Positions 12,150 to 25,910 of a DNA stretch of 64,000 nucleotides are shown piece by piece. Numbering within the stretch: the first letter of the stretch is position 1; each line of letters opens with the position of its first letter. Source of the stretch: Nageia nagi (Eukaryota; Plantae; Pinophyta); the NCBI GenBank assembly GCA_050084985.1, contig JBITNC010000002.1, positions 34,162,001 through 34,226,000 on the forward strand. Reading direction: 5' to 3'. The position numbers were made by a program, and so were the translations under genes. A model generated the notes under the pieces. It was not told the DNA's origin and searched no databases. It saw nothing but the letters and a program-made list of their open reading frames with translations.

Positions 12150-13920
12150 TGGTTGTAGGTAATAAGGTATATATAAAATATGATAACTTTCATAACAAAT
12201 CCTTTTTCATATTGGTGCAATATACTATAGCTATTAAATCTTGATGGTTCCAAGTTGTTTCAAAATCTTGAAATAGAAGATAAAAAGTATGAATCTTTAA
12301 GAAATGATGAACAAGTAAAAACACACAAACATTAAATCCTACAATTATGGAGTGAATATTGACTTGCAATATGTTCTTTAAATGTATGTTGTTATCAACT
12401 ATATTACTAAATATGCAACAAAAGCTGAGAAAAAATCTAAAATATATCAACATAGATTGCTATGAATTGTAAATATAATTAATATTAATTATTCAATAAC
12501 AAGAGCATATAAACATATTCAAAATAAAATACTTATTGAAAGAGATATGTAGGAGTATGAGAAACATATTATATATTATTAGAATTTCCATTAGTTGAGT
12601 GTATTAGATTTTTTATTCTTCTTAATGTTGGATGAAAAGTTTTTAAAGAGGTATAAAAAAGTGATGAACATGAAAATGAAAGATAATTTAAAAATTAATT
12701 GATAAATATATTTGTCAACCCTACATAATAAATTGCACTTATTGGTATATCTACATCATTGTTATTTAGTTCTATGTGAAAAATATCGTTAATGGTAATA
12801 TTTGATAAAAAGAAGCTACTATGAGGGTATTTCCATAATTTAACACAAGTTTTGAATGAAAATAAAAAAAATATTGATTTTTATTTGTCTAAGTTATTAA
12901 TTTACAAATAATTTGTAAGTATAGAAATATATATCTGACTTGATGATAGAATAATCATAGAAGTTGGAAGTCATTCAACTATAACCCTTGGCATATTGAG
13001 AGAATAACTAATCCCAATAATATATTGCATTACAATGATTTAGAATATTATTATTTTCAAGCAATTAAATAAAGCACAATTGAGCATGAATGGGAAATTA
13101 TATTCAAGCTACATCATGGGAAATCATGGAAGTGATTTAAATAGATATCTTAAGCATAAGAGATTTGGACAAACAAGAATTATGGAATGATAAATATCAA
13201 GGAGAATAACCATAATGAGGAAAATGGATCATTCATTATAAATGATATACCTTCAAATTATTCCTATGAAATCCTAAGCATAAATCATAAATAAACTAAT
13301 GATATAATCATGAGTTATCATATTCATAATCAAAATGTATAACATTTACACATAAGAAGTCATTGAACAATGAAAATAGTAAAATCCTATCTCATCAACA
13401 TAATTTGTTGAGCACTTGAAGATATCCTATCTTCATAATGTTACCCACTTTATTAACTATACTAATAGGATGTGCTGCATTCAACATTGATTCAATTACA
13501 ATAAATGGAAGATTTCATATTCTTATTATTCACTTCAATAAATTAGAGGGAATAAAATTAAAATATTTTCAAGAATAGGTACACCATATAAGATATACAT
13601 ATTGGTTAATGAGACAAAATTTATAGGGAAACTTGTTAGAACATATAGATTTCTATCCTCATCAAGCATTTTCAAAAAGTTCAATCATATGCTTTAAAGG
13701 AAGATGAATCATTTTGATATGTAATTTGGCATATTTACCACATGTTATGTGTAAACCACTTTATGCTAGTGATAAATATACAAAAGTATAGTAATATGAG
13801 TTTTCAACTTGTAGACTAAAAATAATGCATAAATAGTAAATCAAAGCACTATTTTCCTACAATGTAATATTGAAGTATATATCAAAAATATGGCATCATT
13901 ACGAACATGATAAATGAGAT
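12150..13920 (+). mobile_element. Decayed Helitron-superfamily Rep/helicase fragment, HLE2 (Helitron2/Helentron)-like
   Basis: In-order remnants: RNDEQVKTH (12300), VNIDLQ (12352), YITKYATKAEKKS (12400), ERD...LLEFPLVEC (12538-12602), then PIF1 helicase motifs GCAAFNI (13468), YILVNE (13596, decayed DE) and FKGR*IILICNLAYLPHVMCKPLY (13693). Confidence 0.75.
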
Positions 13921-13946
13921 ATCTTCATCCACATACATACATACAT

Positions 13947-14005
<59 letters not shown>

Positions 14006-14899
14006 ACAGGATCACACATTAATCACAACAATATACCATGAGAAATGAACATCGTTAATAGCCTTAGAGAAGCACACCATTAATAGCTTGAAATATGCAA
14101 ATCTAGAAGAAGGAATTGAAATGCACAATGTAAGGTGAAGCATGTAGCAAATATATGAATGGGTAGTGTTATGAAACACCTTTTTGGTTGGGTAAAATGA
14201 TGTATTTTTTAATCTTTTCTTTGGACCTCTACCCTTGATAGATTATATTACCTTTGATATTATTTTATAGAAACATTTTGATCCTCTTTAATTATTGGGA
14301 TCATTGCATGTTACATTGTTGGTGGTGTCTTTCTTGATATTTGACACCTCTTACATTATACAATGGTCTATTACATTGATTACATCACCTTAGCTATATT
14401 TTAACCATTTTTATAAAAAATATTTCTTGGAGTTATAAAATGAATTATTTAATACAAGGAAATTCATTTTTATATGTCTAAATTTTACCCCTCTTTGGAG
14501 GTTTGGTTGAAGAAATGAGATTACACATCTAAAGAAGAAGTATATAAGAAATTTTTGAAATCTTTGAACTCTTTATACAACATTTCCATTTGATGATGAG
14601 GGTCCTTTGCTTCCCTTTTTTGACTTAGTTACCCCAGGAAAGCTCCCTAAGTGGTGTAGCCAAGATAAAATCTAAAGAATTGTATTTTTTTTCCTCTTAT
14701 GCTATCCAAAAATGAATCTGATTACTCCTTTTATTTTTGATACTCCAAAATCTTATATTATAACATCCATGTTTTGATACAAAGGTGGTCCCTTAATTTC
14801 AGCTCTTAGTTGTTTGATATAAATACCACTATCATCATCCAAATAGTTTGTAACATCAACAACATGAATTGTACTTCATTTGATTTCCTTATTTTGATG

Positions 14900-16515
14900 T
14901 AGGTACCTTTAAAAAGTGTTAGATATACCTTGCATGAAAATATTTTGGATACATAATGAGTTGCATCGTCCATTAATGATGATTCAATATCAATAATCTA
15001 CTTATAGTTGTATCACTAATTTGTCTTTTAAGTGAGTGAACTCTCACTAGCCATAATAATAGTGATCGATGATTATATGTTTTATGTCTATGATCCTGAT
15101 ACGTTATGCTTTTTATGACTCAAAGAAAAACCAAGTGGATACATAGTAAGTTTCATCATCCATTAAGGATGAATCAATGTCAACATATTTCTCACATCTA
15201 CATCATCGATTTAACTTTTAAGTGAGTGAACTCTCAATAGCCATATCAATGACCATCCATAACCTAGCATTTTATGTCCATGTTCCATAGACATCATACT
15301 ATCTTTTTTTAATTTTTTTTTGTAAACATATATTTTTTACATTGATAACAACATACAAACAATAATGGATGTCATTTACAACATTGTAACCATCAATAAA
15401 TTATAGAAATAAAGATAGAACATAAAGTATATGTACCTTGTGTAAGATATTCATTATTTTGTAAGGTACAAAGCCATGATATTACATAGAAAAGCATTTA
15501 AGATGCATGGTATTGAAGATTTTTGGTTCTTCTCTACATCTATATATGATAACTTGTGAGCTCTTAATCTTGTTTTATCAATGAAAATAAATGGACCTAA
15601 CCATTAGTTCAAACTTTGCTTTCACTTCATCATTTGTAACTATTTTGTTGCTATTTCTTTCAACATAAAGTATCCTATTATAAACTCTTTTGGTTTCATT
15701 TTCTTATCAAATTCCCTCTTTACCTTTGCATGATATGCCTTTTGGTGTTCAATTCCCTTTATTCTCTTTTCATCAAGTATTTTTAATTGTTGTAATCTTG
15801 CATTTCTTGCTTCTTCATATGCTATGTCTCTTTGTAGTGATATTCTTAGCGATGGTATCTCCAACTCTAATGGTACAACAACTTCATCTCCATAAACTAA
15901 TGAAAATTGTGTTGCCCTAGTGGCTATTATAATACTTGTTTATATGCTCAAAGTGCATAAGGTCATTGTTCAAGCTAATATACTTTGTATCTATCCCATG
16001 TTTTTGCCAAAATGCTTTTTATAGTTTTATTTGATACTTTCTCTTAACAATTCCTTTGAGGATAATATATTGAATAAAATGTTTGAGTAATATGAATTTT
16101 TTTGCAAAAGGCTTTCATATATTTACCCTTAAAATTTGGCCCATTATTCATGATTAATCTTTGAAGCACACCAAACCTTGTGATGATATTTTCAACCAAG
16201 AAAGCAATGATTTTATCTTGTGTAACTGATTTCATTGGAATAGCTTCAACCCACTTTGTAGTAAAAATTTGCAACTATGATAATGAATATATGATATTCC
16301 CTTAAATATGGATTAATAACCCCAATCAAATCTAAGTTGCAAATGGCCATGGTGAAACTATGGAATTCAATTCTTGAGTTGGTTATTTTTCTAAATTTGA
16401 ATATTTTTGATATTGCAAGCAACTCTTAACATAATTTTTGCAATTCTCCTCCATTGTAGGCCAATAGTAACCAATTACCAAAACCTTGGTGTACAATACT
16501 TTTACAAAAAAGTTA
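14900..16515 (-). mobile_element. Tat/Ogre-type gypsy remnant A, left part (integrase and 3' UTR repeats)
   Basis: ORFs 16044..16274 (FTTKWVEAIP, ENIITRFG) and 15640..15864 are integrase core and C-terminus; GYYWPTM at ~16460. A ~190-bp tandem duplication (ttttaagtgagtgaactctca) lies at ~14965-15290. Confidence 0.85.
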
Positions 16516-16925
16516 TGTTATGATGCTATGAATATGAAAGGGAAATATTGCAAAAATGTAAATGAATATTGATTTGAATAGAAAAATGATAACTAATATA
16601 ATGGAAATAATAGAGTATGCATTGATAAGTAGAGTAAAAAATAACAACAATAAGCAGATAAGGATAAGATTTTACTAAATAGTAATAGAATCATAGGCCG
16701 CTTCAAGGAAGATACCTCCTTAAAAATTCAAAAGTGAAAAATAATGTAAAAGATGCCTTTCTCCACACACTTATACCTATGTATAATATACTAATCCTAA
16801 CCCTAATAGTCATACAAAATTGGGCCCTACTCTTATAATCATAATATTATGGTTATAATATAGGTTGATAATTTAATTAAAATACTAATACTAACACTAA
16901 AATGTTAAGATGTGGGATCCTAACA
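16516..16925 (-). repeat. 3' LTR of the nested chromovirus
   Basis: Direct repeat of 22069-22478, adjacent to the PPT. Confidence 0.93.
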
Positions 16926-19900
16926 TGCCACCCCTCTTAGCATGAAGCTTTGTCCTTAAAACATGAAGTGTGAAAACTATTGCATCTTCTAGTGCCATGC
17001 CTTGCCACTGTATAAGGACTCCTATGATGGAGTGGTTATGAATATATCATGAATGTTGATCTAGAATTACCTCAAGTATGACTACCATTGATCCATCCTC
17101 TACCAACTCAAGTAATTTTGTCTAAACTTGAACCTTCAATCTAACCACTTTCTTGAGATAGAAGACATGAAACACTAGGTGAATCTTGGAAGAAGTAGGA
17201 AGCTTCAATTTGTATGTAGTTGGGCCAATGCACTATAACATCTTGTAGGGACCATAAAACTTTGGGGCCAATTTTTGAGAGCCTTGTATTTTTAAGAATT
17301 TTTGGCAATAAGGTTGCAACCTTAGAAAGACCATGTCATCTACCTAGAACTTCCTTTTGATACATTAATGATTAGCCTATTATTTCATATGGTGTTGGGC
17401 TATCTGAAGGTTATATTTGAGCAAATGAAGATATCATATTGAGTAACTAATGCTGAATGAACTGCCTAAACTCTACTGGTACTTGCAACATACGAGGTGA
17501 CTATTGGTGGAGCTTGACCATACACTACTTCATAAGGGGTCATCTTGCTAGCAAAATGATAAGATGTACTATACCACCACTCATCCAAGGGAAGCCAAAA
17601 AGCCCAATGCATAGGTTGTGTTGAAGTAAAACAACATAAAATATTTTTAAACATTTGTTGACAATTTTAGTCTGACCATCAGTTTACGGGTGATATGCTG
17701 AGCTCATGTTTAATTGGTTACCTTACAGCTTGAAAAGCTCTTACCAAAAATGGCTTGTAAAAGTGGGATCATGATCACTAACAATCATATCTGGCATGCC
17801 ATGTAGTTTAAAAATTGTATCCAAGAATAATTATGCCATTGTCACTACCTTGTAGGGATGAGCCAATGAACAAAAATAAGCATATTTGGATAACTAATCA
17901 ACCACCACTAGAATAACTAATTTACCATTGGATTTAGGAAGGCTTTCAATGAAATCCATTGAGATATCGATCCATGTATGATTAGGTATGGGAAGAGGTT
18001 GAAGGAGTCTTAGAGTACCCACTATCTCGCCCTTTTATCATTGACACACATCACAAGCTACTACAAACTGCTTGATATCCAATTTATACCTACCCAATAG
18101 AATGACTGTGCCACTCACTTATAAGTTTTCAAAAATCCATCATATTCTAATGTAGGTGTGGAATGCAATTTGGAAGGTATTTTTGATTTAGATTTTGAAG
18201 GAGATAGTAACAAAATTCAACCTTTGAATCTCAAAATACCATCATGCCATGTGTGGTGTGGTTTACTCATGGGGTCTTGAGTGATTTTTTTTAACAATTC
18301 TTGGATGGAGCTATTGTTTTCCCACTCTTGTTTAACTTTATCCAACCATTGAGGAATAGGAGATGAAAGGGCTTATAATGCTACTTGATTTTCAAATTTT
18401 TTGGATAGAGCATTAACAACCACATTCTCTTTACCTTTATGATATATTATCCCATAATCGTACCCTAATAGTTTGGTCACCCTTTTTTGTTGCTTAAGCA
18501 TAGAAATACTTTGCTCAATAAAAAATTTCAAACTGTGATGATCCATGAGGATGATGAAATGGTCTCTAGCATTGAATTACATGAATTATGGCAAGCATTT
18601 CTTTTTCATAGGTGGATTTACCCAAATTTTTACCTAAGAGTGCTCTACTAGTGAATGACAAGGGATGCCCCTCCTATATTAATACTACCCTGATTCCTAC
18701 TCTATAAGCATCACTTTCTATCACAAAGGTTTTAGAAAAATCTGGCATTATTAATATTGGGTGGTACACATCGCATCCTTGAGCTTAAGGAAAGCTACCT
18801 CAGCTTGAGGGGACCATTGGAATGAATTATTTTTCAACAACATGGTTAGAGGTGTTGTAATCTTACCATAATCCTTCACAAATTTCTTATAATATCTTGT
18901 CAACCCCAAGAATCCTTAGAGACTTTTCAAAGATGTAGGATCAGACTAGTTCTGCATGTTAGTAATTTTTTGTGGATCCACCTTAACTCCCTCTTCAGAT
19001 ATAATATGGCCTAAGTAATCAATTTCCATCTTACTAAATAATTTTTTATATTTTTTTTGCATATAGCCAGTGTTCCTTCAAAATTTGTAAGGTTTGGTCA
19101 ACATGTGCCATATGTTCTTGCCATGTCTTACTGTAGATCAAGATATCATCAAAGAAAACTAAAATGAACTTCCCGAGAAATGAACAAAACACCTAATTCA
19201 TTAAAATTTGAAATATGGATGGAGCATTTGTGAGGCCAAAAGGCATGACCAAGAACTCATAATGGCCCTCATGAGTGTGAAATGTAATTTTTGGTATATC
19301 CTCCTCCTTGAGGTAGATTTGGTGATACCTAGATCATAGGTCCAACTAGAAAAAATATCTTGCCCCATGTAGTTCATCCAATAATTCATCAATGATTGAT
19401 ATGGGAAATTTGTCTTTGATGGTAATTTTGTTGAGGGCCCTGAAATCCACACACATACACCATGATAAATATTTCTTACAAACCAATATAATTGGAGAAG
19501 AATATGGGTTATGCTAGGTTGGATTACTCCTGCATCTAATATTTTCTAAACTAATTTTTCAATTTTATTTTTTTGTAAACAAGGATACCAATAAGGATGA
19601 ATGTTTGGTGGTTGACTTCTTGGCACCAATTGGATAGCATGATCATGAGATCGTTGGGGTGGTAATCTTGTTGGTTCCTCAAAGGCACATGCATGCTTAC
19701 TCAAGAATGATTGCAAGTCCCTAGGCTCTATGACTTCAGATTCGATTATTACTAAAGAGTAGAACTATGCAAACAATCCCTTCCCAATTTTTTGTAGGAT
19801 CTTTTCCATGTGATGGGAGCTCACAATTCATGAAGGTCCAACCTATAATCCCCTAAGAGTATGCTCTTATTCAACTATATTGAAGGTCATCCATAGCTCT

Positions 19901-22068
19901 ACAAAATTCCAATTCATGGTGCCCAAAGTCCTTAGCCATATCACCATAAAAACTATATCACATCCCCTAAGTGGTAAAGCATACATGTTGCTTTTCAAAG
20001 TATAGTGGCCCATGCTCAATTTGACATGTGCCTTTACATGCTATTTTTCTTCCATTACCAATCATAACCATAAAATTATTTGTAAAGTGTATGTAACAGT
20101 CAATAGCCTTAGCTACTAGTGGATCAATGAAATTATGAGTACTTCTTGAATCCAACAACATGATGAGAGTGCACTTTTTAAAAAACCCTTTGATATTCAT
20201 ATTTTAAGGGGTATTAATTCTTGTTAATGCATTGTAAGAGATAATTGAAGCCTCCTCATCTGGAATTTCCTTTGTAGCCTCTTCAGGTGCACTCTCATAT
20301 TCCTCCTCACTAGGAGCATCAACATTAAGCAAATATAACTTTTGTTGAGTATAATGATGACCAAAAATAAATTTCTTATCATAATTATAGCACAAACCCT
20401 TCTTTTGATGCTCTTCCATTTCCTCCCACATCAACTTCTTAGTTTGCATTATGTGATTCGATGGTGGGGCACTTGTGTTATTAGAGGAGTGGGAATTATT
20501 ATGTGTTTTTGTGAATGGGAGTCTTACATTTCATTGATGAGCATTGGCTTTATCTTTAATGAGCTTTGCCAAGGTAATAGCATCCATCATAGTTTAGGAT
20601 TAAACATTTTGACCTCTAGTTTAATTTCTTCCTTTAATCCATTGATAAAACAACTTGTGAAAAATACATCATCCAACCCCTCTGTGTGATTTGCTACTTT
20701 CTCAAATTAATTTTGGTATTTTTTGACTATTATGGTTTGATGTAACTTGATCAATGCCCTATGAAATCTTCATAGTCACTAGGACCAAAATAGATCAATA
20801 ATTGTTGAGTAAATTCATCCCATGAAGGAGCAAGATGAGTTTTTGAGTACCACTGGTGCCATTGGAGAGCCTCATGATCCAAATGAAAAGTTTCCATGTG
20901 CACTTTCAATTCTTCTTGAACTTTGGTTCAATGTTAAATACTATACAGACTTATAAATCCAACCAATGGGATCATCTCCATCAAAAATCAGGAAAAATCC
21001 AATTTGGATGTGTGTGGAAGAATGAAACCACCTTGTTAGCCATGAAATTTATGATGATACCCCTATGTATTTGTTAACTATCTTGATTGTTGTGAACTGG
21101 GTGCATTGTTGGTATGACTGATACTTAGTTGGACACTATCACACTTATTGTCAATGGTTTGTATTTGGGTTTCTAGTTATCAAATTTCAGCCCTAAATGT
21201 CCCAGTAAGTGTATCTACCATTTGTTGGATCATAGTCTAAAATGTCATCATGGTAGGATCATCTTGTGCTTCTATTTGGGATCTTGTCTCAAGTGCCATT
21301 TTTGAAAATTGCTATTTCTAAGCTACTATTTTTGGAAATTGCTATTTTTAAAAAGTGCCCAAAAAAGTGTATGGGTGTAATATACCAAAATGATCAACTC
21401 AAAAAGATGATCATAATGGGCTAGGTCTATTGATGATGATTTTTAGAATCCTAAACATTTTTTACGTATGTGGGTCTATTTGCTTTTGTTAACAAATACT
21501 AAAATGATACAAATTTTTAGTTATTTAGTTCTGAAGGTTTTGCTACCTTTGAACTGCTATTTTTGGTGGCTCTAAAAAATTGCATGTCATACATTCTACC
21601 TCCTAAATTAAGGTTTTTTATGTGAAAGAACAATTCTAGGGTAAGGATTATCTACTCTATAGGCTTGTCTAAACACCCCTTCTATCCATATTTTGTAAGG
21701 AAAGAGGCTATAGAGATGGGTTCTATGACAAGTAACTTTCTAGTGATACTTGCTGGTGCACTATAGTTTATAGATAGTTAACACAACTTCCTACCTAGTT
21801 TTTATTTATAGCCTAGATAATCTCTGCTATACCTTTTGTTACATGGAGTTCGATTCTATGTAGGGTTCTATCTAAGGCCTAGGTATTGGTGTAGAGTTTT
21901 TTGCACCTCAATTCACACATAGCTTTATGGGCAAGTGCACTTAGCCAAAAATGATAGATCCTTCTGGATATTTTAAAACCCCTGGTACAAGGTTTCTAGC
22001 TTAGACCTCTAAGATTTTTTTTTGGTTTTCATGTAGTAGAATGGCCCTAGAAAGATCTTTGATACCAA

Positions 22069-22478
22069 TGTTATGATGCTATGAATATGAAAGGGAAATA
22101 TTGTAGAAATGTAAATAAATATTGATTTGAATAGGAAAATGACAACTAATCTAGTGGAAATAACAGAGCATGCATTGATAAGTAGAACACAAAATAATAA
22201 TAATAAGCAGATAAGGATAGGATTTTACTAAATAGTAATAGAATCATAGGTCGCATTGAGGGGCTACCTCCTTACAACTCTAAAAGTAAAAAATAATGTT
22301 CAATATGCCTTTCTCCACATACTTCTACCTATTTATAAGATACTAACCCTAACCCTAATGGTCATGCAAAATCAGGCCCCACCCTTATAATCACAATATT
22401 ATGGTTTACAATATAGGTCGATAATTTAATTAAAATACTAATACTAACATTAAAATGTTAGGATGTGGCATCCTAACA
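22069..22478 (-). repeat. 5' LTR of the nested chromovirus
   Basis: Direct repeat of 16516-16925, adjacent to the PBS. Confidence 0.93.
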
Positions 22479-23200
22479 AGTGACCTCCACACAATCCATC
22501 ATGTGCTTATTCTAATGCTATTATTATTTCATGTTATGTTAGACATATCAAAAGAGCTCCATCAAATGATATTTTATACAAAACTTCCGTAATAATCACA
22601 TACTTGATAGCTATCCCTTTTAGTCTAACCCTTTTATTTCTATCATAGCCCTCTAGAATTTTTTTATCTTTCAAAAATTATAAATATCAACATACCATTA
22701 TTGAGTATCACTTTTTAGAGAAAGAAAACATGTATGTACTTCATCTACTTGGTCAAGGTAAGAAGGTGTACCAAGTTTTCTAATATTAAAAATAGTTTTT
22801 TCATCTTCTATATCAATTGGTGCCAATGAATCTGCATTTACCATTGCATCTATAGACCTATTATTATTCCTTGTAATATTTTGAATACTATACCTATCAA
22901 ACTCATCAAGCAATTTAGTAACCACTATCTTTTATAGTTTTAATTTCTTATCTTTGGTATTATATGTATCATTGAATTGATTTACAATAATTTATGAATC
23001 ACCATATATTTCCAAATCTTTTATTTTCATATATACAACTACTTTCAAATCCAAAATTAGAGCTTTATATTTTGCCATGTTGTTAGTGTAGGCCAAGTTT
23101 ATATGCCATAAGGATTACCTCATTAAAAGGTGATACTAGAACAATACATGCACCTTCCCCATAAGTCCATTTAGATCAATCAAAATACAATGTACAGGTT
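22479..23200 (-). mobile_element. Tat/Ogre-type gypsy remnant A, right part (additional archaeal-type RNase H and integrase N-terminus)
   Basis: TLYFD, TNNMAKYKALI and LEIYGDS motifs. AHDGLCGGH at ~22480-22505 rejoins the integrase at 16515. Confidence 0.85.
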
Positions 23201-23244
23201 GTAGGTGTGAGGCATAATTGCATTCAAGCTACTAGATCCCTCTC

Positions 23245-24120
23245 CATCAAATCCTCCTCGATGTCTCTCATTGAACTTAGCTAACATATTGGTAGCTTGT
23301 TTAGTGAGAGTATTCGATAGTTGAATCAATCCCTCTAATGTTGAAATCACTCTAGAACTAAGAACAATAGTAGGAATAGTAGATCCAATACAAGGGATAA
23401 GAGGTGAAACATGAATAGGTTGATTAGGATCAACCTGTGCCCTTAGCCTATCTTGTGGACAAGCAAGACCAACACCATGAGATAGTCTAATATCAAATTA
23501 GTTTGGTTTTTTATGTAATATAAACTCTTTATGCAATTTATTCAAAAAATACAATAGGATATTGTTCCCATTTCCATGTTAGGCTTGATCTGATACCATC
23601 CACCATCTATTCCAAAAATGATGGGCTATCTCAAGATGGGTACACCACCTAATACTAATTCTTTGTTTACTAGGTAAGATTGGCTATTTGGTTTTGGAAT
23701 CAATGAAGTATTCAGATATTATTTTTTTAGTAATTTTTAGGTCATATATATTCTTAAAGGAGTGACCATCTTCATAAAACCATCTAACCTCCTCTCTTGA
23801 TTGGTTATAATGATCAATACCCTCATCCAAGGACCTAACAATATCAACTATGGTATGCATTGCAGATACAAACCATGGCATATGGGGGGGGGGGGGATAT
23901 CACTACCATAAGTATAGAGTGCACTAATTGTATCCTATAAGACATTGATATTTTGAGTAATAGTTACTCTAAGATGATCTTAATTTGATTGAGGGGCTAG
24001 GGGGGGGGAGGTTTCATGAGGTGGACTAAAGGGTGCCTATAGGGGGTTCTCATCATATGGACTATGGGGTGGAGATTTGGGGTTTTCATGATTTGGAGGG
24101 GGTGGAGGTGGGGGATCCAT
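23245..24120 (-). mobile_element. Decayed Pro-rich ORF (MDPPPPPPP...), probably the 5' ORF/gag region of a retroelement; duplicate at 47990-48850
   Basis: Minus-strand ATG at 24120 with coding-like remnants (ORF 23684..23881). Abuts Tat pol sequence in both copies. Family not recognised. Confidence 0.45.
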
Positions 24121-24414
24121 GATAGCAAAAGGTACAACTTGCACACATTAATAATTTACTAAATATAAACCAAGTGCACATGTATATATAAATTCAAATT
24201 ACAAAATAATCTGAGTAAGTGAATATACATAATCTAATCTATGGAAGCATAATTATCTCAAAAGGATATTCAATATGACAATCCCTAATGCATTACAATA
24301 TGTCAAATAATCCCTAATTCATCACAATATGTAAAAAATTAATGTTTATCAAGTACTATATGTGTTCTATATTAAATATTCTATAATTAACATCAAGTAC
24401 TACATCAACTATTT

Positions 24415-25545
24415 TTAACTAAACTATTTGTACCTAGAAAAGGGAAATTTTTTAATAAAAATATTTTTGGCATGGAAAATATTAAGAAAAATATGTATAC
24501 CAACATTCAAGAAGCCTAGATGTAGTTAGATTAAAGTTGACAAAAGGGTACATATTTTTATAGGAAAAGGGTACACAGTTCCTGTTCTTCTTCTTTTAAC
24601 TAAACTATTTGTAGGAAAAGGGAAATATATCAAAATAATCCCTTTTGTTGGAGCCTATAAATTTAAGGTCCACATGCATGCGTTATGTTCTTCTTTCAAA
24701 TATTTATATTGAAGTGGGTACTTGGGATAATATTCAAAGAGTAAGGACATTGATAAAGGATAGTGGAATCAAGAAGACACCTAAATGTAGTTGGATTGAA
24801 GTTGTTTAAAAGGGTACATGTTTTTATAGGAAATGGTACCTACAACATATTCTTCTCTTTATAATTAAACTATTTGTATGAAAAGGGGAATTTTTTACAA
24901 CAATCCTTTTTTTTTTGGAGCTTATAAATTTAAGATCCACATGCATGCATTATTTTCTTCTTTTAAATATTTATGTTGAAGTGGGTACTTGGGATGATGT
25001 TCAAAGGTTAAGGACATTGACGAAGGATAGTGGAATCAAGAAGACACCAGATATAGTTGGATTAAATTTGACAAAAGCATACATATTTTCATAGGAAAAG
25101 GTACCTACAACATGTTCTTTTTTTAATTAAACTATTTGTAGGAAAAGGGGATTTTTTTTGTAAAAAATCCTTTTTTGGTGGAGCCTATAAATTTAAGATC
25201 CTCATGCATATGCTATTTTCTTGTTTCAAATATTTATGTTCAAGTGGGCACTTGGGATGATGTTCAAAGAGTAAGGACATTGATGAATGATAGTGTATTC
25301 AAGAATACACCTAGATGTAGTTGGATTGAAGTTAATAAAAGGGTACATATTTTTTATAGGAAAAGGGTACAATCCATGTTCTTCTTTTTTTAACTAAACT
25401 ATTTGTAGGAAAAGGGAAATTTATCATAACAATCCTTTTTTGTTGGAGTCTACAAATATTTATGTTGAAGTGGGCACTTGGGATGATGTTCAAAGAGTAG
25501 CAACATTGATGAAGGATAGTGGAATCAAGAAGATAACTTGATGTA
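24415..25545 (+). repeat. Tandem array (~265-bp unit; 3 full + 2 partial) of a PPR E/E+ domain fragment
   Basis: Units start at ~24415, 24597, 24863, 25125 and 25391. They translate as LEP..YVLLSNIYVEVGTWDDVQRVRTLMKDSGIKKTPRCSWIEVDKRVHIF, the E2/E+ consensus of PLS-class PPR proteins. Confidence 0.9.
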
Positions 25546-25910
25546 CTATAAATTAGCTTAGAGGTTAGGGACAATTCAAAAGGTTTACCAAATTCAAAGA
25601 GTGACCTTAAATCATGCTCAAACCTATGCAAAGTGACTAGATTAAAAGCACAAAGGCTTTGCATAGATAAATAAAATCTCACCCTTCTCATTTTGAAGAA
25701 TACCACCTACTCTTGAAATGCCTAAATTTCATTTCAAGGACCCATCAAAAATTAATTTATACCATTCCATGGGAGGTGGGATTAAAATCTTTAGAATTGT
25801 ATTGTACAAAAGGAAGATCGTACTCTAATATGAAGTTCAACATTACTGAAGTGGAGATTGAGATTCAATATGATCCTTTTTAGACATAGAAAAGTCTACT
25901 CTAGCTTGAA

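Larger units (their letters stand above)
16516..22478 (-). mobile_element. Full-length decayed chromovirus gypsy LTR retrotransposon (Reina-like size), nested insertion
   Basis: 410-bp LTRs at 16516-16925 and 22069-22478 (TG...CA); TSD agtta/agtga; PBS-iMet at 22056-22067; PPT at 16926-16938. Contains gag, protease LLDSRSTHNF, RT, RNase H, integrase and a chromodomain remnant (VLIQWQG) near 17000. Confidence 0.93.

Noticed and set aside
25175-25393. Functional PPR gene (also ORFs 50036..50254 and 50304..50486)
   Set aside because: Only isolated E/E+ fragments in tandem, with stops and frameshifts and no PPR repeat tract or DYW domain.
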